Virus record (IMG/VR): IMGVR_UViG_3300035703_002708
Strand: one strand, 5' to 3'
From: a virus
Taxonomy: Duplodnaviria; Caudoviricetes
Length of the DNA: 64,000 nucleotides
Shown: positions 1 through 10,471 of the stretch, piece after piece
Position numbering within the stretch: position 1 is the stretch's first letter
Layout: each line of letters starts with the position of its first letter
Notes under the pieces: model-generated
Told to the model about the DNA's origin: nothing
Seen by the model: only the letters and a program-made list of their open reading frames with translations
Databases searched by the model: none
Translations under genes and position numbers: made by a program

Positions 1-2631
1 AGTATACCAACGGACAAAACTCAGACAACGACAGCCGAAAAAGTAGATTATATAACTGAGACGATACAACCAGAACCATTTCCAAAAGACAAGTTCATAG
101 GTATTGGTTATTATTTTAATAACGATATACCTAAACCAACAGAAACAGACCCCTCAAGTTATCAGTCATACTATGATAGTTATTACTCTCAGAAACAAAC
201 ATTCGTTAACACAACAATTGATGATAAAGAAGCGGTAGGAAGATTTTTTGATGAAATTATAAAATATAACTATGATAAAACAATATCAGGAATTGCAGAC
301 CCAGGTTTGATTTTTACAATTTATGATTTTTTTGAGAGAAAACAGATTAAAAGTTTAACAATCAACTTAAAAGGATGTGCATCTGCAAGTGCATCAGTAG
401 ATTATAATAACAAATTGGCACTCAGAAGAATAAAATCAGTAAAAAAATTCTTGGAGAGTCATCAGATATCAAGTGGGGATACTACAATATCCTTGTCGAA
501 ATATAGTAGTCAGATAAAAATAAACGATACTGTGTTGGGCGAAACCGCGACTGATGTCTCACCAGTTGGTAATTCTTCTTTTAGAACTGTCGCCGCGTGT
601 ACGACTAATCCTGTAATCAATGGACAAACAATAACTGGAAACAAGTCAATTTATCTATTACCGTCGATGTCTTGTCGGAGCGTTTTTATTTCTGATATAG
701 TAACAGAACCTGGTGACCCACAAACAAAACAAACGGAAGTTAAAACTTTAGTCACAACAACAACACCTGTTACCGAGCCTAAAAAAACTATAACACCGGG
801 TAAAGAACCTCAAGTGAGTGAACCTGTTTTTGAAACTATCAGACAACAAGGGTTAAGTAAAAAAGTTTTAAGATTACTTTTAACCGAATGTAATTATTTT
901 CAAGCCTTGAAAGAAACAAATCCCTTCTTATATAGAAGTTTGAAAGAAAAATTAAAATTTTTCGAACCAACATTCCATTCAACAACTCCTGAAGGATTAA
1001 ACTCGAGAATTACTTTCTTAAATCAATGTTTAAGACCTGGAGACACAATACCAACAATTGGTACTGATGGTAGACCTATATATAATGATGCCGTGAACAC
1101 CGCTTTCGGTAGACCACCTGTTTTGGTTTTGAGAATAGGTGATTTCTATAATACTAAAATAATTCCGAAAAATTTGCAATTCACTTATGAACCTTTAGTG
1201 TTAGATATGAATAGAGAAGGGATAGGTGTCCAACCAATGATTGTAGGTGTGACCTTGGCTTTTGATATGATAGGTGGAATGGGACTTGCAAGACCTGTTG
1301 AGGATTTACAAAATGCACTATCATTCAATTACTATGCTAACACAGAAATATATGATGAAAGGTCAGTTGCTACTGAAGATGTGAGTCAATTGGATGCGAT
1401 AGTTGAGAAAGGATTATTGGAAAGTAATAATGAAGTTCCCCCACCTGTACCTCAAAACAAAATAGAAAACCCTGGTGGTAGCGCAATTGGAAAAATTTTA
1501 TCAACAACAAACGATGGTGACTTCTTTGCGGGTACCATAAGTTATAGAACCATAATGAAGGAATTTATAAATGAATTAGAAATATATTTTAAATTAATTC
1601 CAAACACATCTGATTCGGTATCTAAAAATTATAATTTTTATGTGTGGCAATATGCAGATAAAGAAAGAATATATACTGATGGTGATATGCCAACGACAGG
1701 GTTAACCCAAATTTATGGAAAAGCCAAAAATGTTAATCAGGTGTTTGAAGAAAGATTCGCTCGTGTGATTGAACAAATAAATGCAGGAAACAACCCATTA
1801 GTAAGTGGATTCACATCATTGAATTTTCCATCAACAGTTGTTAATCAATTAAAATTAAAAATGGTTGATTACATAAACCAAGTAATAAAACCTGACTTTA
1901 TTGCCGGTGTGAATCAACAATTATCACAAATAAATTCTCAGGAACAAAAAATAATTGATTTTGTAGATAAAATGAATTTGGTTTTTGATGGGTATGACGG
2001 ATATGTAAATCAGGAAGGAACACCAGTTCCATACCAACTAACAGGTAATTCATTGAATGACATTAGAAACGATTTGAATAGTATATCCCAAGATATGTTT
2101 TTTTACACAGAAGAATTGGCAAAAAACAAAATTAGTAGAGATTTGTCTGAAGAATTTTTATTAGTTGAAAATGAAAATATACCAATAGATGAACAAGATT
2201 TTTTTATGATTATGTGTCAAACATTCATTGATAAAAACAAATTACAAGAGTATAGTGATTTCATTTTCCCTTCTAATACAATTGCCGGTGTGAATTTTGA
2301 AAATCCAAGAAAGCCAAAAAAACATCTGAATGATTTATTGGGGTTAGATTTTTGGGATAGTTTTAATTTGATTTATGGAAAAAGTTTTTACGATAGGTAT
2401 ACTCAGGCTAAAAACAAATTAGATAAAATACCTACTAATTTCTTGGGTGGTGCTGATATACCTAGAAAATATAAAAATTACGGTAATTTTAAACTTAGTA
2501 GTATTACTAATGAAAGAATTGTGAACTTCACAACAAACGTTCCAAACGCTGAAGAAGTAAAAAACAGGTTATTGGATTTATATAAGTCAGTCCCTTCCGA
2601 GGGAAATAAATTCAACGGTAAAATATTATAA
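1..2631 (+). CDS. Tail/baseplate protein, 5'-truncated by the window edge: OmpA-like peptidoglycan-binding domain plus contractile-tail tube-initiator-like domain
   Basis: Frame 1 is open from base 1 (SIPTDKTQ...YYFNNDIP...) into the listed 307 ORF. GCASASASVDYNNKLALRRIKSVKKFL resembles the OmpA C-terminal motif. RPPVLVLRIGDFY...QPMIVGVTLAFDMIGG resembles CIS-tube/gp48-gp54-like proteins. Lies directly upstream of LysM and hub genes. Confidence 0.6.
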   Translation, partial: SIPTDKTQTTTAEKVDYITETIQPEPFPKDKFIGIGYYFNNDIPKPTETDPSSYQSYYDSYYSQKQTFVNTTIDDKEAVGRFFDEIIKYNYDKTISGIADPGLIFTIYDFFERKQIKSLTINLKGCASASASVDYNNKLALRRIKSVKKFLESHQISSGDTTISLSKYSSQIKINDTVLGETATDVSPVGNSSFRTVAACTTNPVINGQTITGNKSIYLLPSMSCRSVFISDIVTEPGDPQTKQTEVKTLVTTTTPVTEPKKTITPGKEPQVSEPVFETIRQQGLSKKVLRLLLTECNYFQALKETNPFLYRSLKEKLKFFEPTFHSTTPEGLNSRITFLNQCLRPGDTIPTIGTDGRPIYNDAVNTAFGRPPVLVLRIGDFYNTKIIPKNLQFTYEPLVLDMNREGIGVQPMIVGVTLAFDMIGGMGLARPVEDLQNALSFNYYANTEIYDERSVATEDVSQLDAIVEKGLLESNNEVPPPVPQNKIENPGGSAIGKILSTTNDGDFFAGTISYRTIMKEFINELEIYFKLIPNTSDSVSKNYNFYVWQYADKERIYTDGDMPTTGLTQIYGKAKNVNQVFEERFARVIEQINAGNNPLVSGFTSLNFPSTVVNQLKLKMVDYINQVIKPDFIAGVNQQLSQINSQEQKIIDFVDKMNLVFDGYDGYVNQEGTPVPYQLTGNSLNDIRNDLNSISQDMFFYTEELAKNKISRDLSEEFLLVENENIPIDEQDFFMIMCQTFIDKNKLQEYSDFIFPSNTIAGVNFENPRKPKKHLNDLLGLDFWDSFNLIYGKSFYDRYTQAKNKLDKIPTNFLGGADIPRKYKNYGNFKLSSITNERIVNFTTNVPNAEEVKNRLLDLYKSVPSEGNKFNGKIL

Positions 2632-2632
2632 T

Positions 2633-2956
2633 ATGGCTTTACAATATTACAATAGATATCAAAATTTCTTGGTGAATGGCACTCAAACTGTTGTACCGTT
2701 TGTGAAATTACCAACCAAAACGACTGATAAGAAATATGTTTATAAAACAAATATGTCAAGAATGGACAAAATATCTCAGCAGTTTTATGATAGTCCATTT
2801 TTCGGTTGGTTAATAATGGCGGCAAACCCTGAATTCGGTGGAAATGAATTTATAATACCTGATGGTACAGTATTAACAATACCATTCCCTTTATTATCTT
2901 CTTTACAGGACTATAATAATACATTAGAAACACATTTTTATTATTATGGCAGATAA
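2633..2956 (+). CDS. LysM-like baseplate protein (T4 gp53 / P2 gpX-like)
   Basis: 107 aa. SRMDKISQQFY...WLIMAANP...IPDGTVLTIP is a LysM-like pattern. Sits between tube-like and hub genes. Confidence 0.7.
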   Translation: MALQYYNRYQNFLVNGTQTVVPFVKLPTKTTDKKYVYKTNMSRMDKISQQFYDSPFFGWLIMAANPEFGGNEFIIPDGTVLTIPFPLLSSLQDYNNTLETHFYYYGR

Positions 2957-5900
2957 TTCAGAAAACATTTTTGTTGAGTTCGACTATCAAAATATTATAA
3001 TCGTAGACCCCAACAAAATAGTTGACCAAGATGGTAAGGCTAAGGAACGATTAGTCAAACATGAAGAGTTGGTAATGTATGCAAATTTGGAGTGTTCATT
3101 AGTACCAAGAACTAAATTGAGACTGGGTATCCAACAAAGCGAAGTACAAACAGTTTCTCTTGCAAAAATAAATTTTCTTAAGCCAGGTGATAAAAAATAC
3201 CTCGATAATACATATACCGAACTATTCACTGGCACCAATGACAAAAATAAAGAAAAACAACCACAAACATTTCGTTTTTACGAACCACAATCAGACAAAA
3301 TAGACAGTGGACTTATTGAATCCTCATTATTGGGTATTACAAATATAAATTTTAATATTACTACCGCATTTTTACCGAAAATAACGATAACTATGCAAGA
3401 CGTGAGAGGTAGAGCTCTTTTTGAGTTAGGTAATAATTCACCTTACGCTGCCTTTTTTAACTTACCGTATCCCTCATTTTTCCTGACATTGAAAGGTTAT
3501 TATGGTAAAGCAGTGAGATATCAATTGATGTTACAAAACTTTAACGCCAGATTCGATAATAGTAGTGGTAATTTTGAGATTACCTGTACTTTTTTAACAT
3601 ATAAATTCAATGTTTTATCTGACGTATCTATGGGATATCTTTTAGCGACCCCATATATGTACCAAACAACCGTTTTACAAAAAACAAATTCATCGAATCC
3701 GAATAACACCAACGTTACGGCAACCCCAAAAAGTTATACTTTAGGATTTCAAAAAATAAGAGAAATGTTTAATGAGTACAAATCCAAAGGGATTGTTGCC
3801 GATGATTTACCGGAATTGACAGTGACACAATTACAAAAAAAATTAGATAGTTTTATAAAAGAAACACTAATGCCTTGGGGTCAAGTAAATATGGAACCAT
3901 TAACCAATATAGAAACTTATTCCAAAACATTGAACCAAATGAAAGGTGAGGTGGTTTTGATTGAAGATTCATGGGTTAAGAAAAATTTAGATTTAAAAAA
4001 TCCAATCTTATTAAAAAATGCAACAAAAGTTTATCTGTTAAAAGACCCCATAAGACAAAATAAGACATTAGAGACACAAGTGAGGGTTGATTTGGCTAAC
4101 ATTTTTAATAAATACAACACTTCCTTGAATGATAATCCTACGTTGGGAGCCAACGGTACTTACACTATAGGTAATACTTCTGAAAAATCCGCAATAAATA
4201 ACTCGGTAAATTTTGTACCCTCACCACAAAATCCTGGGAAACTACCCACTTGGATAAACTTCAATGTACAGTCTAGCGACATTGACTTCGAAAAAACATA
4301 TTCGGTAGTTACTAATAAGAATCCGCAGGCCGCAGAGAATAAATTGGATTTCGAAAAATTTCAGGCCGACCTACAATTGAAGATTTCACTTTCTCAACCA
4401 ACAACACCTGGATTAAATGAACCGCCACAATACGATAAATTTTACGCCTACGAAAATGTTGGCACTTTTTTAAGTTTGGTTTCACAAATGGAAAAGTCGG
4501 TATCAATTAAAAAAGAGGAAATATTAAAAAAACTTGGGGATGAGTTAAATAATGTTATAAAAAATGGTTCACAAAATAAAAGTGGTTTAGGGTTTATACC
4601 AACAATAAGGAATGTATTGGCTATTTTATTTGCTAATGGAGAGGCTTTTTTGAGACTTATGGATGATTGTCATAGAGAGGCTTGGAACAAGAGAGACAGT
4701 GATGTTAGAAAAAAGGCGATATTAGGTAAAACATCCTCTGATTCGGCAAATGATTTTGTATATCCTTGGCCACAACTAATAGTTGAGAAGGAAAAAGATG
4801 GTGTAAAAAAATATGAAGTGACATATCCTGGTGACGTTAATGTGTTATCACAAACTGAAGGATATCTTTTCGACGAATGGCCAGAGATAGAGTTTGTTGA
4901 GGAATTGCTAGGAGGATTGATGAAAAGAAACCCAACAGATTCAGGATTTTCTTCTGAAGGTGAAAATTCAAATACGGTCAGTAGAATATCGTTGAATGCA
5001 ATCGAGTTTCCTATATCAAATGTTGTTTACCAAAACAAGGAAGAGGTTAAGTTTTTCTACGAGTTTTGGGAGAGAATGGGGTCTGTTTCGAATTTTTCTA
5101 GATTGAGTAGGGGAGATTCGTTAAATTATCAAATGGACGAAATTATAAGTCAAACTGAGTCAACTAATATGTTACAAGCGTTGGGTACTGAAAATGTTTT
5201 TTTAATAAAAAATTTAAAAGAATATGATATTTCACCAACAACTATTATCCCAATATTAGCAACTATATCTAACAGTGGTGAAGGTGAATCTTATCAAAGA
5301 TTTGTACGAGGGCTTTATTCAACAACATATATAACTAACTATACAAAAAATGACTATAAAATTTTTGACAATCCTATTTTCACAAAACTAAATTCTGCTG
5401 GTCAAACAGACATTAAGATTGAAAAAGAGGCCGATTTGTCAAAATATATAGAATCCACAACTGCCGAAAAATTCGATTTGTTGGATACGTATCCTATGAC
5501 AAATAATAATTGGGTCAAGTCATATATGTCAGATGGGGTAAATTCATCGGATGTTGTAAATCAAACTAAGAATGTTATAAAATTTAATAATGCGATAAAT
5601 AGTATTGCAAATTTTAACACAGATGATGGTACACCGCTCACTAAAAGACCAATAACTTACTTTAATTATCTCAATAATACCCCGATTTATACATTTGACA
5701 ATCCACCCATAAATTCCGACATATTAAAGAATTTCTACAAAAGTAGAACTGACCAAACTTTCATTTCCAAATCCTCTCAATTACCAACAGAGGGGACTAT
5801 ATCATATCAAAATTACAGTGGTGGAGTCCAAAGCGAACAGACAACTTCAATACTCAATACCCCTTATTTTATAAATGCCATACAAAAAGGTGTTTATAAT

Positions 5901-8900
5901 TTTAAGACAAATGTTCAATACCCATATAAGGCGGCGGCCTACCTTTTTCTGAATAGTTTACCAATTTCAACTCTTAAAGAAAAATATAAATCCTCGACTG
6001 ATGGAGTTACCGAAGATTTAGATTATATTTTTGCGACATTTAAAAAATTTGGTGCGGTACATAAATTACCTTACCCATTTTTATTGAAGTATGGTTCTTT
6101 GTGGCACAGATATAAATATAAAATTCAAAATGACGAGGATATTCTTGAAGGGATATGGGAAGACTTTAATTATCTTAATAACTATGACCCCGCAACTTCT
6201 GCCGCCACCAAAACATACACCTTTACAGGTTTTAATGAAACAAATGAAACTAAAATTACTTTACAAAAAAGTAATGTGGTTAATAATCTCACCGCTAGTA
6301 CGATTGACGTTGGTTTTTATCCCAAACTTATTAATGATTTTTCATTTTGTTTAAATGGTTATGAGATATTTACAACATCAGAATTTGGAGTTGGTCCATT
6401 TTCAGGATTTACCGTAGGATTTACAAACGAAGATATTCAAAACGGAATTAACTCTGGATTGACAGTGAATAGGACGGTATCAAATTTTGCCGCACTAAGA
6501 TTTGATAAAATCAATACGGGTAGAACCTTCGTAATGAATTCTTATACTTTGACTTTGAATAACATAGACGACACTAGTTTTTTCACAATACCGTCGGTCG
6601 GAAATGGATTTAATCAGTCATTCAATGAATGTTTTGGTAATATAAATAGTACAATATTAAATCCTGATAAGATAATAGAACCACTAGACAATAAATCAAT
6701 TTTTAATGGGTCAGTCAGGACTTTTTGGATGTCACCAAACTATGGATGGTTTAACAACAGTCAAGTTCAAAAACCTGAATACAACCAGTATTTGAAAAAA
6801 ATAAATTCAAATACTGGCGTTCAAGACAACTTCACAATAACTAAAAATTCTGATTACTCTTATTTCGACGAATTAACATCGGCTTTCAAAAAAGACATTT
6901 TAGATGACTTAGAACAATTATTTTTGAATTTTTCTCAATCAAAATATAATTTCTTACCTATCGACCCAACTCAATTAAGCTCATCAACTCCATCAGATTC
7001 TGTTTTTATTAATCAGAATTTTCACAAAATGTTTACAGAAATGATGAGGTTACCAATCGGAGATAAGAACTTGGATTTGAATTCACTTCAGAAAAAACAA
7101 TATTCAAATATAAATGGTATTATAAAAAATTTCTTAGAATACGATGTTTTATTTAAGTATGGAAATCCTGCAGATTACAACAAACAACTTTTTTTATCAT
7201 TTACCATTCCTGCTAGTAAAAAAAATGGTGTAGTTAATGTCATTGACCCTATAAAACCTTTGACATACTCTAACTACACACCAAACGCCCTACCCACCCA
7301 AACAACTCCATTTTCATTAGACTTGGTAAAATCTAATTATCCTGAAGCATGGGAGGCATTACTACTTAATGTTGGATTTTCCGAGATAACGGGTATAAAA
7401 TATTCCGATTCTGGCTCTACAATATTTGATTATTTTATCGATAACAATATAGAATTTAGTTCTGAAAATATAGAACTCCTCTACCCCTTGATAAAAATAT
7501 ATTCTACACAAAAAAATATAGATAGTAATTATAATAGAACGAAGTTCCTCACAGATATCACAAATTTTGTAAATAAAAATAATGATTTCCAAAATCTTAT
7601 ACTTACATCATCTTTTGTGAAAATGAAAAAAAATTTGGCAGACGTTAGTTTCACTCCACAAAGTAATTTTTCATCAGAATTGATAGGAAACCAAGGAAAA
7701 ATAGAAATTTGGGAGGGGTTGAAATCCACAAATGATAGATGGATTGCGGGATATGATTTGAAATATAAAACGATTTTTGAGGATGTTTTGTTAATTGACA
7801 GAGCAAGTCGTGATATCGGAGATAAGGTTTTAGTAGATATATTTGCCCTAAATAATTTACTAACTAATGTTAACGTAACAACAAATTTATTATATTATGC
7901 TCAATCTATACTTCAAATGAATAATTTTCAGGTGATGTCACTTCCATCTTTCGTTAATTTTTACAACGTACAGGACCCTGTTAAAAACGCCATACCGAAA
8001 GTTGAGAGTTCTTTGGAGTTTGCTAACGATATGTTTGGTACCCATCCTAATGTCGATTATAGGAATTCAGGTCCAAAAATGGTTTGTTTCTATGCCGGTA
8101 AACCTTCAGAACATTTACAGATTAACAAACCTGACTATGCATATCAAGATGATGGAATTTATTTTCAAAAGTTAGATTCCAACACTTTGATTGATAATTT
8201 AGTTAACAAAAATGATTGGGGTAAATCAAACAGAGTCGTCGGATTTACCGTAGATATGGGAGTTCAAAATCAAGGAGTGTTCACTAACATTTCTGTGAGT
8301 CAAGATGCGGGTAAACCCACTTCAGAAACTTTACAACAGTTAAATGATATGGCAAACCAAGCGGGAGGGAGAAAAACATCAACACAAAACGTTTCTCTTT
8401 ATAATCTTTATAAGACAAGAAGCTATGGTTGTACAGTTCAAATGATGGGTAATGCTATGATACAGCCAATGATGTATTTTAACCTAAGACATGTACCCAT
8501 GTTTTCAGGTTCATATATGATTTTGGGTGTAAATCATAACATACAACCCGGTAGTTTTACAACTCAATTTGAAGGTGTCAGACAATCTATTTTCAGTTTA
8601 CCTGATATAGATAATTATATTCAGGGTATTATAACAAATCTTCTTAATACTGTTTTCACTCAAGTCAAACAAGAAAATGCTAAAAAGGAGGCTCAGTCTC
8701 AAAACACGGCACAGTCTAAACAAAACCAACAAAGTAATTCTAAAAATATTGAACCATCTAAGTCCGATACATGTAAACCAAATTCTGAATTCCAAGATTT
8801 CTCATCGATACAACCAACAATAACTACTATTAGTTATAAAGATATGATTGATGAAATTATTTCTATTACAAATAATACGGATTATTCAACTGTAGCAAAT

Positions 8901-9401
8901 AGTCAGATAGTTAAAACAAAATTAAATTACGCGATATGGTCTTTATTTTGGTTGAACTCCAATACTGGCTCAGGATTTAGTAATTATGAAATTAATTTCT
9001 CTAACTTAAGGTTGGATTTGAAAGTCAACAAAGAAGAAAAGAAATTAGGAAATAGAAAAACTTATTTATCTAAACAGTATTATTGTGCAACTTATAATAA
9101 TGAGGAATTTACCTTCGGAGTATTTCAAACGATAGAAGATTCTCTGAAATTTATTGTCGAATATTTAAAAGCAAAAATAAATCTATCTTTAGTCAAGGGA
9201 TTGGATATAAAAAATGCTCAAGGTAAGATAAATGATGTGGATGCGTTAGCGAAATCAATCGATGAATTCTTATATACCTCTTATCCTGTTGAGGATAAAA
9301 ATATCCAATATGAAAGAGATATCTTCCCAACACAACAATGCAAAGATAGAATATCTCAAATTAAATCGGCAATTCAACAAGCAGAAACATTAGGTTTATA
9401 A
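2946..9401 (+). CDS. Giant baseplate hub protein (gp27/late-control-D-like), with a possible degenerate muramidase-like C-terminal domain
   Basis: 2151 aa. The N-terminal GITNINF...ITITMQDVRG and the late CTVQMMGNAMIQPMMYFNL...GSYMILGVNHNIQPGSFTTQFEGVR segments fit phage hub proteins. Baseplate gene context. Confidence 0.55.
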   Translation: MADNSENIFVEFDYQNIIIVDPNKIVDQDGKAKERLVKHEELVMYANLECSLVPRTKLRLGIQQSEVQTVSLAKINFLKPGDKKYLDNTYTELFTGTNDKNKEKQPQTFRFYEPQSDKIDSGLIESSLLGITNINFNITTAFLPKITITMQDVRGRALFELGNNSPYAAFFNLPYPSFFLTLKGYYGKAVRYQLMLQNFNARFDNSSGNFEITCTFLTYKFNVLSDVSMGYLLATPYMYQTTVLQKTNSSNPNNTNVTATPKSYTLGFQKIREMFNEYKSKGIVADDLPELTVTQLQKKLDSFIKETLMPWGQVNMEPLTNIETYSKTLNQMKGEVVLIEDSWVKKNLDLKNPILLKNATKVYLLKDPIRQNKTLETQVRVDLANIFNKYNTSLNDNPTLGANGTYTIGNTSEKSAINNSVNFVPSPQNPGKLPTWINFNVQSSDIDFEKTYSVVTNKNPQAAENKLDFEKFQADLQLKISLSQPTTPGLNEPPQYDKFYAYENVGTFLSLVSQMEKSVSIKKEEILKKLGDELNNVIKNGSQNKSGLGFIPTIRNVLAILFANGEAFLRLMDDCHREAWNKRDSDVRKKAILGKTSSDSANDFVYPWPQLIVEKEKDGVKKYEVTYPGDVNVLSQTEGYLFDEWPEIEFVEELLGGLMKRNPTDSGFSSEGENSNTVSRISLNAIEFPISNVVYQNKEEVKFFYEFWERMGSVSNFSRLSRGDSLNYQMDEIISQTESTNMLQALGTENVFLIKNLKEYDISPTTIIPILATISNSGEGESYQRFVRGLYSTTYITNYTKNDYKIFDNPIFTKLNSAGQTDIKIEKEADLSKYIESTTAEKFDLLDTYPMTNNNWVKSYMSDGVNSSDVVNQTKNVIKFNNAINSIANFNTDDGTPLTKRPITYFNYLNNTPIYTFDNPPINSDILKNFYKSRTDQTFISKSSQLPTEGTISYQNYSGGVQSEQTTSILNTPYFINAIQKGVYNFKTNVQYPYKAAAYLFLNSLPISTLKEKYKSSTDGVTEDLDYIFATFKKFGAVHKLPYPFLLKYGSLWHRYKYKIQNDEDILEGIWEDFNYLNNYDPATSAATKTYTFTGFNETNETKITLQKSNVVNNLTASTIDVGFYPKLINDFSFCLNGYEIFTTSEFGVGPFSGFTVGFTNEDIQNGINSGLTVNRTVSNFAALRFDKINTGRTFVMNSYTLTLNNIDDTSFFTIPSVGNGFNQSFNECFGNINSTILNPDKIIEPLDNKSIFNGSVRTFWMSPNYGWFNNSQVQKPEYNQYLKKINSNTGVQDNFTITKNSDYSYFDELTSAFKKDILDDLEQLFLNFSQSKYNFLPIDPTQLSSSTPSDSVFINQNFHKMFTEMMRLPIGDKNLDLNSLQKKQYSNINGIIKNFLEYDVLFKYGNPADYNKQLFLSFTIPASKKNGVVNVIDPIKPLTYSNYTPNALPTQTTPFSLDLVKSNYPEAWEALLLNVGFSEITGIKYSDSGSTIFDYFIDNNIEFSSENIELLYPLIKIYSTQKNIDSNYNRTKFLTDITNFVNKNNDFQNLILTSSFVKMKKNLADVSFTPQSNFSSELIGNQGKIEIWEGLKSTNDRWIAGYDLKYKTIFEDVLLIDRASRDIGDKVLVDIFALNNLLTNVNVTTNLLYYAQSILQMNNFQVMSLPSFVNFYNVQDPVKNAIPKVESSLEFANDMFGTHPNVDYRNSGPKMVCFYAGKPSEHLQINKPDYAYQDDGIYFQKLDSNTLIDNLVNKNDWGKSNRVVGFTVDMGVQNQGVFTNISVSQDAGKPTSETLQQLNDMANQAGGRKTSTQNVSLYNLYKTRSYGCTVQMMGNAMIQPMMYFNLRHVPMFSGSYMILGVNHNIQPGSFTTQFEGVRQSIFSLPDIDNYIQGIITNLLNTVFTQVKQENAKKEAQSQNTAQSKQNQQSNSKNIEPSKSDTCKPNSEFQDFSSIQPTITTISYKDMIDEIISITNNTDYSTVANSQIVKTKLNYAIWSLFWLNSNTGSGFSNYEINFSNLRLDLKVNKEEKKLGNRKTYLSKQYYCATYNNEEFTFGVFQTIEDSLKFIVEYLKAKINLSLVKGLDIKNAQGKINDVDALAKSIDEFLYTSYPVEDKNIQYERDIFPTQQCKDRISQIKSAIQQAETLGL

Positions 9402-9417
9402 TTTACAATAAATGATG

Positions 9418-9425
9418 ATATTTAT
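9418..9425 (+). promoter_or_regulatory. Phage-specific (late-type) promoter motif ATATTTAT
   Basis: GATATTTATA lies 13 nt before ATG 9439. The same core recurs before many structural genes. Confidence 0.5.
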
Positions 9426-9438
9426 ATAAAAAAAACAT

Positions 9439-9666
9439 ATGAGCTCAGTTAAAAATATATTGGATAGTTACCTTGGTAAGAACACAAGGGTATCCGAAAA
9501 AGATTTGGGAAATGGTTCAAAACAAGTTTGTGATTTGGACAGCGGTGAATGCTACACAATAAGAATGAAAGATGGTCTTATTGAAAGAGTAGACAACACT
9601 ATGAATCAATCTAAAAAAATTCAAGTAGAAACCGCATCAGGAATAAAACAATTATTGAATGGATAA
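9439..9666 (+). CDS. Hypothetical protein, 75 aa
   Basis: A-rich start context; overlaps the start of the next gene. Confidence 0.6.
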   Translation: MSSVKNILDSYLGKNTRVSEKDLGNGSKQVCDLDSGECYTIRMKDGLIERVDNTMNQSKKIQVETASGIKQLLNG

Positions 9667-10360
9667 CAAAATGAGAGTAGACGAAAAAATTTTAGAAGAA
9701 TTAAAAAGATATAATCAAATTAATCGATATATCACAGAACAGGAGGCTTTGGACGTACCACCCCCACCTGATGCACCTCCAGCAGACCCATTAGGCGCGG
9801 CAGACCCAGCGGCGGGAGCTCCTCCACCACCTGGTGGAGAACTACCACCACCTCCAGGCGGAGAGGCACCACCCGCTGAACCAACACCTATTGACCCTGC
9901 AACGGACCCTGATGTAGAAAAAATAGGACCAGAGGGAGAATCAGAAGAAAAGGGAGAAGATACCGAAGAATTGGACATAACTGATTTGGTAACTTCACAA
10001 AAAAACATTGAAACTAAACAAGAAGAATATTTCAACAACCTCTTCAGTCAGTTAGAAACTCTACAAGGTAAGTTGGGTGAAATGGACAAATTGGTTTCCA
10101 AAATTGATGCATTAGAAGCCAAGGTTGAAAAATACAGACCAAAAACGGCTCAAGAAAAACTTGAACTAAGAAGTTTGGATTCGGGACCTTACAATCAAAA
10201 ACTTTCAGATTTCTTCGTAGATAAAGAAGAAGAAATGGAAAAATCGGGAAAAAATGAATATGTTTTAACAACTGATGAGGTAAAAGATTTTTCACCATCA
10301 GAAGTTAGAGATAGTTTTAGAGATTTTCCTGGTAATGAAAAACCTGTCGAAGTTAAGTAA
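9659..10360 (+). CDS. Acidic Pro-rich coiled-coil protein, possible head scaffold/internal protein (alternative start 9671)
   Basis: N-terminal ILEELKRYNQINRYITEQ helix, PPPP/GG repeats, then a coiled coil (LETLQGKLGEMDKLVSKIDALEAKV). Confidence 0.55.
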   Translation: MDNKMRVDEKILEELKRYNQINRYITEQEALDVPPPPDAPPADPLGAADPAAGAPPPPGGELPPPPGGEAPPAEPTPIDPATDPDVEKIGPEGESEEKGEDTEELDITDLVTSQKNIETKQEEYFNNLFSQLETLQGKLGEMDKLVSKIDALEAKVEKYRPKTAQEKLELRSLDSGPYNQKLSDFFVDKEEEMEKSGKNEYVLTTDEVKDFSPSEVRDSFRDFPGNEKPVEVK

Positions 10361-10380
10361 TCAAACAAACACATAATTAG

Positions 10381-10407
10381 AAGGGTGCCCCAAAAGCACC
10401 CTTTTTT
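10381..10407 (+). terminator. Intrinsic terminator
   Basis: AAGGGTGC-CCCAAAA-GCACCCTT followed by a T-run, immediately after the structural block. Confidence 0.85.
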
Positions 10408-10408
10408 A

Positions 10409-10439
10409 TTTGACAACCTCCTTAAAACACTTATATTTC
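10409..10439 (+). promoter_or_regulatory. Bacteroidota-type sigma-A promoter (-33 TTTG, -7 TATATTTC)
   Basis: TTTG at 10409, 19-bp spacer, TATATTTC at 10432, close to the TTTG-N19-21-TAnnTTTG consensus. Upstream of the replication operon. Confidence 0.6.
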
Positions 10440-10471
10440 TAAAACAATTTAACAACTTAATATTTTAATTT

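Noticed and set aside
9740-9900. ActA/WASP-like polyproline actin-mimic motifs
   Set aside because: No secretion signal or eukaryotic context; a low-complexity spacer is the simpler explanation.
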